64,000 bases of DNA from Trichormus sp. ATA11-4-KO1 (GCA_019358915.1 JAHHIM010000003.1:96001-160000), one strand, 5' to 3'; counted from the first letter of the stretch, positions 39,796-50,548 are shown. A program made the numbers and translations. Notes: generated by a model from the letters alone, not told the origin.

Positions 39796-41991
39796 ATGCT
39801 GAAGAAACTACAAAAAAAACAAATTTCCCTAATTGCTGGTGCAGCGCTGTTTGCCTTTTCAGCTGGGGCAATGGTGTCAGCACCTGAGATTGGCAAATCT
39901 TTGGGACAATGGCTCAACTTGGCACAAACTCAGTCTGGACAAATATCTGAGGAAAATCAAGCCCAATCAGCCGTATTTCCACTGGTATCGCAGTCTCGAC
40001 AGAAACGGGCGGACAAACTAGAAGCGATCGCTAATGGTTTCAGTTCACCAGACCGAGAACGCGCCCGCTATCTGTTAGCCAGTGATTTAATTGAAACTAG
40101 AGACGCACAAAAGGCTTTAAATCTTCTGGCAGGACTAGAAAAAAGTTATCCCAGTCTAGGGCCTTATATTTTACTGAAACAGGCACAAGCTCAAGATATT
40201 TTAGGTGCAGAAGGCAAAGCTTCGGATCTCAGGCAAAGAGTGCTGAGAGAGTATCCCCGTGAAGCAGGTACAGTCAAAGCCTTGTATATGATCGCCCTAC
40301 CAGAGCATCATGATACAGCGATCGCGCAATTTCCTTCTCATCCCCTCACCTGGGAAATTATTCGTAAGCGGTTACAAGAAAATCCCAATCAACCACAATT
40401 GCGGTTAATTTTGGCAAAATACGCCTACAATCAACCAGGAATAGTGGGTGTGTTAGACCAGCTAGCAAAACAGCCTACCCTGAAAGCTGAGGAATGGGAA
40501 ATTGTGGGGACGGCTTACTGGGAAAACAATCAATTTGCTAAGGCGGCGGCGGCTTATGCCAAAGCACCCCCCACACCCCGCAACCTCTACCGCACTGGAC
40601 GGGGGTTACAGGTAGGAGGCAAAGAACGGGAAAAGGCGATCGCCACTTACAATCAATTAATCCAAAAGTTTCCCGAAGCCAACGAGACAGGAACTGCTTT
40701 GTTGCGTTTGGCAGAAATGGCCAGAACCCGTAAAGATGCCTTGCCCTATCTTGACCAAGTAATTGCGAGATTTCCCCAACAAGCGAGTAGGGCGCTAGTA
40801 GAAAAAGCCAGAATTTTCCAAGGACTCAATGATCAAAACTCAGCTAAACAAGCTTGGGAATTACTGCTCACCAAGTATGCTGATTCTAATGAAGCCGCAG
40901 AGTATCGCTGGAATATAGCTAAAGATAAAGCCAAAGCCAAAGATTACGCAGCTGCTTGGGAATGGGCACAACCAATAGCCACCAACAATCCTCAGAGTAT
41001 TTTGGCTCCTAGAGCAGGTTTTTGGGTGGGCAAATGGGCAACCATCTTAGGTAAGGAACAAGAAGCTAAAGCCGCTTATGAGTATGTACTGAGCCAGTTT
41101 CCTTACTCCTATTATGCCTGGCGATCGGCGACAATCTTGGGGCTGAATGTCGGCAACTTTAACAGCGTCCGCCAACTGCAACCAGAAGTATTACCACTCC
41201 AGCGTGCCATACCACCCGCAGGCTCAGAAACTGTCAAAGAATTGTATTTGCTAGGTCAAGACCGGGATGCTTGGCTGCAATGGGAAACAGAATTTCTCAA
41301 TAAAATGCAACCCACAGTAGCAGAGCAATTTACAGAAGGGTTGATGCGGCTAGCTAAAGGAGACAATCTCTCAGGAATTAACATTATTTCTAAATTGGAA
41401 GACCGGGAAACACCAGAAGAACAGGCCCAGTATGAAACTTTGAGCCAACAGGTCACTTACTGGCAAGCTCGTTATCCTTTTCCCTATCTACAGGAAATTG
41501 CCAAGTGGTCTTCAGAACGTCAACTCAATCCCCTGTTAGTTACTGCTTTGATGCGTCAAGAATCCATGTTTGAGTCGCAAATCAAATCCGTTGCTGGTGC
41601 TACTGGCTTAATGCAGGTAATGCCTAGTACAGCTGAATGGATTGCCCCCAAAATTAAGTTGGACACCAAATCCATCAACCTAGAAGATCCCAACCAAAAC
41701 ATTAAGCTGGGGACATGGTATATGGATTATACCCATCAGCAATATAACAACAACTCCCTGTTAGCGATCGCTAGTTATAATGCAGGACCCGGCAACGTCT
41801 CCAGATGGCTACGAACCATTGGTAAAACAGACCCAGATGAGTTTGTAGAAAATATTCCCTTTAATGAAACCAAAAATTACGTGCGGCAAGTTTTTGGAAA
41901 TTACTGGAATTATTTGAGACTTTACAACCCGGAAATTTCCGCTAAGGTAGCAAAATACTCAGCTACACACCCACAATTGCCACAGAAGTGA
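39796..41991 (+). CDS. slt: soluble lytic transglycosylase (TPR + SLT)
   Basis: RQES, GATGLMQVMP, ASYNAG, ETKNYV. Confidence 0.92.
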   Translation: MLKKLQKKQISLIAGAALFAFSAGAMVSAPEIGKSLGQWLNLAQTQSGQISEENQAQSAVFPLVSQSRQKRADKLEAIANGFSSPDRERARYLLASDLIETRDAQKALNLLAGLEKSYPSLGPYILLKQAQAQDILGAEGKASDLRQRVLREYPREAGTVKALYMIALPEHHDTAIAQFPSHPLTWEIIRKRLQENPNQPQLRLILAKYAYNQPGIVGVLDQLAKQPTLKAEEWEIVGTAYWENNQFAKAAAAYAKAPPTPRNLYRTGRGLQVGGKEREKAIATYNQLIQKFPEANETGTALLRLAEMARTRKDALPYLDQVIARFPQQASRALVEKARIFQGLNDQNSAKQAWELLLTKYADSNEAAEYRWNIAKDKAKAKDYAAAWEWAQPIATNNPQSILAPRAGFWVGKWATILGKEQEAKAAYEYVLSQFPYSYYAWRSATILGLNVGNFNSVRQLQPEVLPLQRAIPPAGSETVKELYLLGQDRDAWLQWETEFLNKMQPTVAEQFTEGLMRLAKGDNLSGINIISKLEDRETPEEQAQYETLSQQVTYWQARYPFPYLQEIAKWSSERQLNPLLVTALMRQESMFESQIKSVAGATGLMQVMPSTAEWIAPKIKLDTKSINLEDPNQNIKLGTWYMDYTHQQYNNNSLLAIASYNAGPGNVSRWLRTIGKTDPDEFVENIPFNETKNYVRQVFGNYWNYLRLYNPEISAKVAKYSATHPQLPQK

Positions 41992-42121
41992 TTTTATCAA
42001 TCAAAATGGGGACTGAGGATAAAATTCCCAGCCCCCCAATCCCCAGGTTCCTAAACTTCACCTCTTAATAGCTGCTTCCCCGGATAAAATAGTTAACAAT
42101 TGTTGCGTATTTAGCTAACTC

Positions 42122-42916
42122 ATGACGCCTTTACAAGATATAGACGCTGTAACTACTCCCGATATCGCTCAGGAGGAATACGGTAACTCAGAACTTGACC
42201 CTCTCAATGAGTTGCCAGATGAAATTGAAATGTCCCTTTTCGACCACCTAGAAGAGTTGCGACAGAGGATTTTCTATTCACTCATTGCGGTAGCAATAGG
42301 TGTTGTCGGCTGTTTCTTGGCTGTCAAGCCCATTGTCCAGCTACTCGAAATTCCAGCACAAGGAGTAAAATTTCTCCAACTTGCTCCCGGAGAATATTTC
42401 TTTGTCTCCATCAAAGTCGCAGGATACAGTGGCTTAGTACTTTCTAGCCCCTTCATTCTTTACCAAATTATCCAGTTCGTTCTCCCAGGACTGACTCGCC
42501 GCGAACGCCGTTTGCTGGGACCAGTAGTTTTGGGTTCGAGTGTGCTATTTGCAGCTGGTTTAGTATTTGCCTACTTGCTTCTCATCCCCGCAGCTTTGAA
42601 TTTTTTCATTAGCTATGGTGCAGATGTAGTAGAACAACTATGGTCAATCGATAAATATTTTGAATTTGTGTTGCTGCTATTATTTAGCACTGGTTTAGCA
42701 TTTCAAATTCCCATAATCCAACTGTTACTCGGTAATTTGGGAATTGTTTCGTCTGAAAAAATGATCTCTGGCTGGCGTTACGTGATTATCGGCGCAGTAG
42801 TATTAGGTGCTGTCCTCACACCCTCTACTGACCCCCTCACCCAAAGTCTTTTAGCAGGCGCAGTGCTAGGACTTTACTTTGGTGGTATTGGTTTAGTTAA
42901 GCTCACAGGTAAATGA
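42122..42916 (+). CDS. tatC: twin-arginine translocase TatC
   Basis: [28 protein letters not shown]. Confidence 0.96.
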   Translation: MTPLQDIDAVTTPDIAQEEYGNSELDPLNELPDEIEMSLFDHLEELRQRIFYSLIAVAIGVVGCFLAVKPIVQLLEIPAQGVKFLQLAPGEYFFVSIKVAGYSGLVLSSPFILYQIIQFVLPGLTRRERRLLGPVVLGSSVLFAAGLVFAYLLLIPAALNFFISYGADVVEQLWSIDKYFEFVLLLLFSTGLAFQIPIIQLLLGNLGIVSSEKMISGWRYVIIGAVVLGAVLTPSTDPLTQSLLAGAVLGLYFGGIGLVKLTGK

Positions 42917-43008
42917 CGCAAACCAACTATGAGAACTTTGAGCAAGTTGAAATTCGCGTTGGCATGATCATTAAAGCTGTTTATGCTAAGACTTTCTGTA
43001 GGCATTAA
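42913..43008 (+). pseudogene. csaA: N-terminal stub of a CsaA/tRNA-binding protein
   Basis: ATGA overlap with tat[23 protein letters not shown], then similarity is lost and a stop follows at codon 32. Confidence 0.55.
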
Positions 43009-43022
43009 ATCACAGCTTACTC

Positions 43023-43283
43023 TAAATCAATGTCATGACTTGCTCATATTCTTCTTTATGGCTTTGCAAAGCATCCCAAAGGTCAAGTTTTTGCTGAAGA
43101 TTAAGCCAAAGTCTTGGACTATTTCCTAAAGCTTTACCAAGACGTAGTGCCATATCTACTGTAAGCTGAATCTATAACTTCAAGTCTGATTCTAATTTTC
43201 TTTTCTAAGTTTGCAGGAACTCCTTTATGAAAATTTTCTCTAAATAAATTTTCCAATGCTTTATTTTGGAATGTTTGAATCAT
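43023..43283 (-). pseudogene. internally deleted higBA copy
   Basis: First 40 HigB codons (MIQTFQNKALENLF...EVIDSA) joined out of frame to the last about 46 HigA codons (TVDMALRLGKALGNSPRLWLNLQQK...); homologous to 45839-46470. Confidence 0.85.
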
Positions 43284-43427
43284 TTATAGCTGTTTCCGAC
43301 CTAGTGAGGTACATTTTCAAAGCGACTAACCTTATTCAAAGGGATACTTAACCAAAATAATTTCATTTTATTTTATGCTTTGATACCTCAGAGCGTGAAA
43401 CCTGCGGTTTGACAGATTTAGATGGAA

Positions 43428-43517
43428 GCGATGCCTCCCCTCCGGCGGCCTACGCCTACGCACTCCAAACTACAAAATTTTACCAAGAGCGATACCTCCG
43501 CTAAACAACGCTTACGC
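43428..43517 (+). repeat. left HIP1-27nt-HIP1 repeat, both sites carrying inserts
   Basis: GCGAT-26nt-CGC, 27-nt spacer ending AAAATTTTACCAAGA, GCGAT-21nt-CGC. Confidence 0.85.
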
Positions 43518-43568
43518 CTGGGGTATTGTTATAATTTGGGTTATGACCCATAAGAAAGAACTGATATT

Positions 43569-43844
43569 GTGAACTCTACATTTAACTGGAATCCTGAAAA
43601 GACTTTATGGGAAAAAGTCATACACCTAGCTAGTGAACGTGGTCAATCTCCCGAATCAATTATTAGTGAAGCTGTGAGATTATACGTGGAGACACAATTA
43701 GTAGAACCTGTTAATAATGATGTGTCTGACCCATTAATTGGCTTATTTTCAGCAACACCTGATTTAGCTATAAACTCAGAAGATATTCTCCAAGATGAGA
43801 TTAGTGAAAAATCAGGTTGGACATGGAAAGAACACCATCAGTAG
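43569..43844 (+). CDS. putative RHH/CopG-type antitoxin
   Basis: LASERGQSPESIISEAVRLY..DPLIGLF; overlaps the PIN gene; TATAAT at 43530. Confidence 0.75.
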   Translation: MNSTFNWNPEKTLWEKVIHLASERGQSPESIISEAVRLYVETQLVEPVNNDVSDPLIGLFSATPDLAINSEDILQDEISEKSGWTWKEHHQ

Positions 43845-44242
43845 CTGATACTGGCTTTGTGGTTGCATTGTTAAATCGTGCAGATATAATGCACAATACT
43901 GTTACAAAAATATATATACAACAAAAGCAAATTTTATTGCCACAAACAGTATTAGCAGAAATAGCTTATCTAGTAGGAAAAAATGCAGGCGTCAAGACAG
44001 TAGTAGACTTCTTACAAGGATTATCTGCAAGCCGATTTACTTTAGTAGCTTTGACAGATAAAGATATCATGCGTGTGGGGGAAATATTGAATGAGTATGC
44101 AGATAGCAGAATTGACTTTGTTGATGCAAGTGTGATGGCTATAGCTGAACATTATGTAACTTAACAGATATTGACGTTAGATCAGCGAGATTTTAGATTA
44201 TTTCGACCTCAGCATTGTGATAGCTTTGAGATTTTACCTTGA
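43823..44242 (+). pseudogene. vapC: VapC PIN toxin with a premature TAA
   Basis: ADTGF, LAEIAY, DFVDAS, then TAA 44162-44164, with in-frame QILTLDQRDFRLFRP...EILP to TGA 44242. Confidence 0.85.
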
Positions 44243-44265
44243 ATAAAATAATAGTTTATATGGGA

Positions 44266-44329
44266 GCGATGCCGCCGACGGGCTAAGCATACGCACCTCA
44301 TACCCTAAAATTTTACCAAGAGTGATCGC
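44266..44329 (+). repeat. right HIP1-27nt-HIP1 repeat
   Basis: GCGAT-21nt-CGC, 27-nt spacer ending AAAATTTTACCAAGA, GTGATCGC. Confidence 0.85.
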
Positions 44330-44431
44330 ACTTGTGAATTAAGCTCTTTACCTCTTAGCTGGTACTTGAGAATTGATTAAAATATTCAATTCTCAGTTTT
44401 GAGGTATTGCCATAAATAACACTAGTTTGCA

Positions 44432-44550
44432 TTACAATCCCAACCAATATCTTCAGAATTGCTCTAACAATTTGGCATCAGCATCAGCTAACTTACCAAT
44501 CACTTTTACAACCAAGCTTTCATGGACTGTGTATAATCCTCTTTGACTGC
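44432..44550 (-). pseudogene. C-terminal remnant of a PemK/MazF-like toxin
   Basis: RGLYTVHESLVVKVIGKLADADAKLLEQF*RYWLGL*; no start, internal stop. Confidence 0.55.
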
Positions 44551-44588
44551 CTATTTGAAAATATAAGCACAGTTTATGTTTTAATCAC

Positions 44589-44801
44589 TTAAGCAGACAT
44601 CAAACGCTGTTTTGGTTCCGGAATTAAACGACCCAATTCTTGAGCAGTTTCAATCCATTCCTGCATAATAACTTCTACATTTTGTAGTGCTTCTTGATAA
44701 GTTTCACCATCAGCAGCACATCCAGGTAATTCTGGTACTTCTGCTATAAATGCTTGGTCTTCTTTACTCCAATAGAGATTAATTTCATAACGCAGATTCA
44801 T
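44589..44801 (-). CDS. hicB: HicB antitoxin (short form)
   Basis: WSKED.AFIAEVPELPGCAADGET.QEAL. Confidence 0.92.
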   Translation of the reverse strand: MNLRYEINLYWSKEDQAFIAEVPELPGCAADGETYQEALQNVEVIMQEWIETAQELGRLIPEPKQRLMSA

Positions 44802-45051
44802 CTTGTTCTCCTAGTTCGTATTTGAGAATTACTTCACGAACTTGCTTGACCTGATAAGCTTTAGCTTTTCCTTGTTTGGGCTGAAGATTCAAAATTTCTT
44901 CTGTACCATCTTTTGTATATATATGATGGCTACCGCGAATACGCTCATCAAACCCTAGTTTAATTAGTAGTTGACACAACTGTTCAAAGGCAATGTTTTT
45001 GTCTGATGTTCCTGATAATATCTTAGCCAGTAGTTTATCTGTTTGACTCAT
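44785..45051 (-). CDS. hicA: HicA toxin
   Basis: LGFDERIRGSHHIY, KAKAYQVKQV. Confidence 0.9.
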   Translation of the reverse strand: MSQTDKLLAKILSGTSDKNIAFEQLCQLLIKLGFDERIRGSHHIYTKDGTEEILNLQPKQGKAKAYQVKQVREVILKYELGEQDESAL

Positions 45052-45063
45052 TATTTACCATAA

Positions 45064-45207
45064 GCGATACCTTTGGTAAGCTGTGCTAACGCTGATTCTA
45101 TGATGACACGGTTAGCGATACCTCCGGTAAGCTACCCTAACGCCTGTTTGTTAAGACGAGCGCATTATGCACAATCATAAAGCGATCGCCTGTTTGTCAT
45201 GATGAGC
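45064..45207 (+). repeat. two insert-filled HIP1 sites and one empty cognate site
   Basis: GCGAT-21nt-CGC at 45064-45092 and 45115-45143; empty GCGATCGC-CTGTTTGT at 45182. Confidence 0.85.
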
Positions 45208-45249
45208 TATTGCTTTTTTTCTAGACTATCGAAGAACGATACCTGTAGG

Positions 45250-45792
45250 TTATGATGCTGTTTTAACTGCAACTTTCATAACATTAATTTCGCCAATCAG
45301 GATAGAGAACATTTCACTGGATATCTTGAGTTCTTGACCCTCATCAAACTGCCAAGGCAAAATCTTTATTTTTGTGTGGTTCTTATCTACTAGAGATTTG
45401 TTGTGAACAATCCAGTTGCGAACATGGCGTATGTCACCCATGAGGTCAGAAGTTACACTCTTGGTTTCGACTCCCACTTCATTAGCAATCTTTTGCCGAT
45501 ACATTTCATCCCATTCCGAATAGATTGCAACAATAATAGATTTTGCAATAGTGTCTGAGAAAATACCATCTTTTTCAGAGTATAACAATGCGTCTTTCAT
45601 TTTAATCTTAGAATGGGGCTTTGCTTCGTTAGGATGTCCAGAACCAATAAACAAGCTCTGATTCTGTTGTTCTATAATGTGGGGACGTAAATCTTCAACT
45701 ACTTTTTGTAGTCCTCTTGTCGCAAACGTGAAGCAGGTAAAATACTGATGACAACGCTCTTGGAATCTTATTAATTCTTGACTCATATTCAT
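45250..45792 (-). CDS. hypothetical protein with an R-x4-H (HEPN-like) motif
   Basis: MGDIRHVRNWIVHN, preceded by IVAIYSEWDE. Confidence 0.7.
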   Translation of the reverse strand: MNMSQELIRFQERCHQYFTCFTFATRGLQKVVEDLRPHIIEQQNQSLFIGSGHPNEAKPHSKIKMKDALLYSEKDGIFSDTIAKSIIVAIYSEWDEMYRQKIANEVGVETKSVTSDLMGDIRHVRNWIVHNKSLVDKNHTKIKILPWQFDEGQELKISSEMFSILIGEINVMKVAVKTAS

Positions 45793-45838
45793 ACTAAAAT
45801 TTATTTATAAATTTCACTAAGTGTTTCTGCATTTTATT

Positions 45839-46150
45839 CTAAACCAGTGTTATAACTTGCTCATATTCTTCTTTATGACTTTGCAAAGCATCCCAAATAT
45901 CAACTTTTTGCTGAAGATTGAGCCAAAGTCTTGGCCCGTTCCCTAAAGCTTTACCAAGACGGATTGCTATATCTACTGTAATTGCTCTTTGACCATTAAT
46001 AATTTCATTAACTATTTGATTAGATACCCCTAAAATTTCTGCAAATTTCGCGCTATCAATATTTAAATCATCTAAAATATCTGCAATTACTTCACCAGGA
46101 TGTATTGGTCTTACTAATCTATCTTGCGTAATATCTTGCCAGTTATTCAT
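45839..46150 (-). CDS. higA: HigA antitoxin (HTH)
   Basis: PIHPGEV, FAEILGVS, ITVDIAIRLGKALG..LWLNLQ. Confidence 0.92.
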   Translation of the reverse strand: MNNWQDITQDRLVRPIHPGEVIADILDDLNIDSAKFAEILGVSNQIVNEIINGQRAITVDIAIRLGKALGNGPRLWLNLQQKVDIWDALQSHKEEYEQVITLV

Positions 46151-46191
46151 AATCAATGTCTGACTATTTAATATCCTACTAACACCCTAGA

Positions 46192-46470
46192 TTAGTGGTA
46201 ATCTTCAAGATTTACATCATAAGCATCACCATCTTCAAAGCTAAAAGTTATACGCCAGTTTCCCGATACCTTAATTGCCCAAGTTCTTTTACTATCTCCT
46301 TTTAATTCATGCAAGTCATAACCTGATAATCTAATATCGTCCACGATTAAGGCTGCATCTATAACTTCCAGTCTAATTCTAGTTTTCTTTTCTAGGTTTG
46401 CCGGAAATCCTTTATGAGAATTTTATTTGAATAAATTTTCTAAAGCTTTACTTTTAAATGTTTGAATCAT
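46192..46470 (-). pseudogene. higB: HigB toxin with TAA at codon 16
   Basis: MIQTFKSKALENLFK*NSHKG...LHELKGD...IKVSGNWRITF...LEDYH; the paralogous copy has GAA at this codon. Confidence 0.9.
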
Positions 46471-46561
46471 CTATTTGCTGATTTTCTTTTAGCCCTTTAA
46501 ATCGTTCATAGCGATATCCTAAATTTAAAAATTAAGGCAGGCTTTATGCCTGCCCTACTGA

Positions 46562-49500
46562 TTATTCTATTCCTTCAATCCGGTCTTCAACTTCTTGGTA
46601 CAACTCGCGTAGGCGGTCTAAATTCTCCTCGCTTGTTTCCCAATAACCGCGACCATTCACTTCCAACAAAGTTGATACAATCTTGCGGAAAGAATGGGGG
46701 TTGAGGTTCATCAACCGTTTTTGCATTTCTTCATCTTTGATGAAGGTGTCGTTGGTGTCCTCATAAATCCAGTTATCTACAGCGCCGGCTGTCGCACTCC
46801 AACCTGTGGTGTTTACCAACCGCTTGGAAAGTTCGCGCACGCCTTCGTAACCGTGAGATAACATTCCCTCGTACCATTTGGGATTTAACAATTTCGTACG
46901 TGCATCTAAACGCACGGTTTCAGATAATGACCGTACCTGTGCATTAGCTGTGGTGGTGTCTGCAATGTAAGATGCTGGTTTTTTACCATCGCCCCGCAGA
47001 CTTGCCACTAACTTGGTAGGATCTGAATCGAAGTAGTGAGAAACATCTGTCAAGCTAATTTCCGAAGAGTCCAGATTTTGGAAAGTTGCATCAGCAGTTT
47101 TCAAAGAGGTTTCAAAAATCTGCCGTGACTCATCCATTACACCAGGGTTATCGGAATTGAAGGAGAATGATTTGCGTTTGAGGTACATTTCCTGTAACTC
47201 GGCTTCACTATCCCAAGTGCTGTTTTCTACCGCCAAGTTGATATTTGACGAGTAAGAACCAGAAGCATTAGAGAAAACGCGAGTCGCTGCTTGACGCAGA
47301 TTAATTCCCATTTCCTCGGCTTGTTGCAAAGCGTGTTTACGAACAAAGTTCATTTCTAAAGGTTCGTCGGCTTCAGCAGCCATTTTCACGCCCTGGTCTA
47401 GCAAGTTCATTTGGTTGATGAACAAGTCACGGAATACGCCGGAACAGTTGATGACTACATCAATTCTGGGTCTTCCCAATTCTTCTAGAGGTATCAATTC
47501 CAACTTGTTCACTCGTCCCAAGGCATCGGGAACCGGACGCACACCAATCATCCACATGATTTGTGCTAGGGATTCACCGTAGGTTTTGATGTTATCGGTT
47601 CCCCAGAGGACACAGGCGATGGTTTCTGGCCATCTACCCTCATTTTCAGCCTTGTTGCGTGCCAATAGCCGATCTACAACAATTTTGGCTGATTGGACAG
47701 CGGCTGATGTAGGAATTGATTGGGGGTCAAGGGCATGGATATTCTTACCTGTAGGCAATACATCCGGGTTGCGGATGGGGTCACCACCAGGGCCAGGTAG
47801 AACATATTCACCTTCTAAGCCTTGGAGTAATGCGCCGAGTTCGTTATCTGCACAAACTTGTTGTAAGCAAAATTCCAAATACTCAAATAGAGGTTTTAGG
47901 GCGGCGCTATCAACTTTGGGATAACCTGCTTGATGCAATGCTTCTACCCAAGGTTCTTTTTTACCCATGTTGAAGAAGTTCAACCGGGAAACTAAAGAAA
48001 CTCGTCCTTCAGCGTCGGTTTGGGCTTTGACTAGTGCGCCTACTGCTTCACGGGTGGCTAAGGTGATGTCTTGCAAAAGTTGGACATCTTCTAAAATACC
48101 CAAGTCACTGTTTTGGTAAATTTCATCAATGTTACGCCCGATGCTGTTGGCAATGATGCGGGGTAAGCTGAGAATTTCTTCTTCTTGACGGTCTAAGCTG
48201 GCGATGTTAACCAGGGTAGCCACTGCTTCTTCCGCAGTTGGTGGTTTACCAATGACGTGCAACCCACAAGGTAACAACCTCGACTCAATTTCCATTAGTT
48301 TACGATAGACGCTACCAACAATGCGATCGCGCTCATCGGCGGTCATATCTTTGGCATCGGTTTCTGGTAAATTAATGTCTTTATCCAGGTTGACGATGCG
48401 GCATTTATCCATGATGGTATTGACAATAGGAATACCGCGCCCACTATCTTTTAAAGTTTGGTAAGAAGCAATTAATTCGCTAAGTTCCTTCAAACCTTTG
48501 TATAAACCTGCATTTTCTGCGGGTGGTGTTAGGTAAGAAATTGTCTCGGCGTAACTGCGACGTTTAGCAATGGTGGCTTCGCTGGGGTTATTAGCTGCGT
48601 AGTAATACAGATTGGGAATTGTGCCAATTAAGTTATCGGGGTAACAATCTCCCGACATCCCCATTTGTTTACCTGGCATGAATTCCAAGGAACCATGTGT
48701 GCCAAAGTGCAGGACTGCATCTGCGCCCCAAATTTGCTCTAAATAGGTGTAGTACGCAGCAAAACCGTGATGAGGACTAGCAGAACGGGAGAATAATAAC
48801 CGCATGGGGTCACCTTCGTAACCAAATGTGGGTTGAACTCCGATGAAGACGTTACCAAATTGTTTACCGTAAATCAGCAAATTTTGACCATCGCTGTTGA
48901 GATGTCCTGGCGGTGGCCCCCAGTTTTCTTCTAGGCGTTGCGAGTAAGGGGTGAGTGCCTCATACTCTGGTACAGACATCCTGTAGGCAATGTTGAGTTC
49001 TGGGCTGGCATATTGCGCTTGGGCATCATGGATGACTTCTTCCATTAACGCTTGGGCACTTTCGGGAATTTCTTGGACGTCGTAGCCGTTGTTTCTCAGT
49101 CCCTTCATCACTTCGTAGATGGAACCGAATACATCTAAGTAAGCGGCTGTACCTACATTACCTTTATCTGGAGGGAAGCTGAAAACGGTAATGGCAACTT
49201 TTTTGTTGAGTTTGGGTTTACGACGCAGATTAGCCCATTTTAATGCCCGTTGGGCTACTGCTTCCACTCGATCTTGCAGAGCGATCGCCTTACCTGTCGC
49301 CCCATCTCTACCTGATAAAATTATCGGCTCAATGGCTCCATCCAATTCTGGAATAGCAATTTGCAAAGCTACTTGAATGGGATGTAACCCCAAGTCACTA
49401 TCCAACCATTCTTCTGTGGTTTGGAAAACTAAGGGTAACGCCACCATGTAAGGACGATTCAGGCGTTTGAGTGATTCAATGGCTTTGGGATGATCTTGTC

Positions 49501-50548
49501 TGGCTGGGCCTCCTACCAAAGCAAAACCAGTCAAGGAAACTACTGCGTCAATTAACGCTGTTTTAGTAGTCGGTTCATAGAAGTAAGCATCCACGGGTTT
49601 GGAGAAATCCAACCCACCAGCAAATACAGGAATTACCTTGGCACCGAGTGATTCCAATTCCTGGACGATCGCTACATAATGAGCATCATCACCTGTAACT
49701 AGATGTGTCCGTTGTAATACTAACCCTACACAAGGCGCTAAGGGATCTTTAAGATCACTAGAAATATCCTTGCGGGCTGTATACCAATTCAGGTATTCTT
49801 TTACATCCTCAAACATAGTCGTCGCCAAAGGATGCCATATCCCCATGTCGGGATAGACAACTGGCGCTTGATATGTAGGCAATGCAAAATTTCGTTTGTC
49901 TACTTCTTTAAATACATATTTATCAGCCAGCATCAGCAAGAAGTTTTCCAGGTTTTCTGGTGAACCTCCCAGCCAATACTGAAAACTGAGCATGAAATTT
50001 CGTGCGTCCTGTGCCTTTTCCATTGGCAAGAACTTTAATACTTGGGGCAGAGTACGTAACAGTTTCAGCATCCCATCTTGGAAGCCAGCCCCGGATTTCT
50101 CCTTGCGTTTCCGCATGAATTGAGCGATCGCACTCTTTGATTGACCCAATTGTGCCAAAGAAAAGCTACCCATTTTATTCAGGCGCATGACTTCTGGCAT
50201 GGATGGGAACACCACAGAAACATCCAGGCGATCGCGGTATGGTTCAACAGCAGTAACTACTTTTTGTGCTAAGTCTTCTATGAAAATAAGTGAGGCGATA
50301 AAGATATTAGCAGTTTCCATATCCCGTTTGAACTCTTCATAGTTCTCTGGGTCTCGGAGTTCCTCGATCAAGTACCCACTGATTTCAATCGCTAAATTGG
50401 GGTTGTTCGAGTTAATCGTGCTAACAGCTTGCGACAATGCACTTTGGTACTGGGACTCAAGCACGACATAGACCACCTTGATTAAATTACGTCCGCGTAA
50501 GTTATCAGGCGCAATATGTCTAATGGTGGACTTGACGTGTGTGAACAT
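46562..50548 (-). CDS. chlH: magnesium chelatase subunit H
   Basis: 1328 aa; [39 protein letters not shown]. Confidence 0.98.
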   Translation of the reverse strand: MFTHVKSTIRHIAPDNLRGRNLIKVVYVVLESQYQSALSQAVSTINSNNPNLAIEISGYLIEELRDPENYEEFKRDMETANIFIASLIFIEDLAQKVVTAVEPYRDRLDVSVVFPSMPEVMRLNKMGSFSLAQLGQSKSAIAQFMRKRKEKSGAGFQDGMLKLLRTLPQVLKFLPMEKAQDARNFMLSFQYWLGGSPENLENFLLMLADKYVFKEVDKRNFALPTYQAPVVYPDMGIWHPLATTMFEDVKEYLNWYTARKDISSDLKDPLAPCVGLVLQRTHLVTGDDAHYVAIVQELESLGAKVIPVFAGGLDFSKPVDAYFYEPTTKTALIDAVVSLTGFALVGGPARQDHPKAIESLKRLNRPYMVALPLVFQTTEEWLDSDLGLHPIQVALQIAIPELDGAIEPIILSGRDGATGKAIALQDRVEAVAQRALKWANLRRKPKLNKKVAITVFSFPPDKGNVGTAAYLDVFGSIYEVMKGLRNNGYDVQEIPESAQALMEEVIHDAQAQYASPELNIAYRMSVPEYEALTPYSQRLEENWGPPPGHLNSDGQNLLIYGKQFGNVFIGVQPTFGYEGDPMRLLFSRSASPHHGFAAYYTYLEQIWGADAVLHFGTHGSLEFMPGKQMGMSGDCYPDNLIGTIPNLYYYAANNPSEATIAKRRSYAETISYLTPPAENAGLYKGLKELSELIASYQTLKDSGRGIPIVNTIMDKCRIVNLDKDINLPETDAKDMTADERDRIVGSVYRKLMEIESRLLPCGLHVIGKPPTAEEAVATLVNIASLDRQEEEILSLPRIIANSIGRNIDEIYQNSDLGILEDVQLLQDITLATREAVGALVKAQTDAEGRVSLVSRLNFFNMGKKEPWVEALHQAGYPKVDSAALKPLFEYLEFCLQQVCADNELGALLQGLEGEYVLPGPGGDPIRNPDVLPTGKNIHALDPQSIPTSAAVQSAKIVVDRLLARNKAENEGRWPETIACVLWGTDNIKTYGESLAQIMWMIGVRPVPDALGRVNKLELIPLEELGRPRIDVVINCSGVFRDLFINQMNLLDQGVKMAAEADEPLEMNFVRKHALQQAEEMGINLRQAATRVFSNASGSYSSNINLAVENSTWDSEAELQEMYLKRKSFSFNSDNPGVMDESRQIFETSLKTADATFQNLDSSEISLTDVSHYFDSDPTKLVASLRGDGKKPASYIADTTTANAQVRSLSETVRLDARTKLLNPKWYEGMLSHGYEGVRELSKRLVNTTGWSATAGAVDNWIYEDTNDTFIKDEEMQKRLMNLNPHSFRKIVSTLLEVNGRGYWETSEENLDRLRELYQEVEDRIEGIE

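Noticed and set aside
43428..45207. Repeats as CRISPR or integron attC sites
   Set aside because: Irregular spacing, divergent sequences, no attC core pattern recognised and no integrase; better explained as HIP1 sites with inserts.
44162..46425. Programmed readthrough of the toxin TAA stops
   Set aside because: TAA terminates many normal genes here, and the paralog shows GAA at the higB position, so nonsense mutation is simpler.
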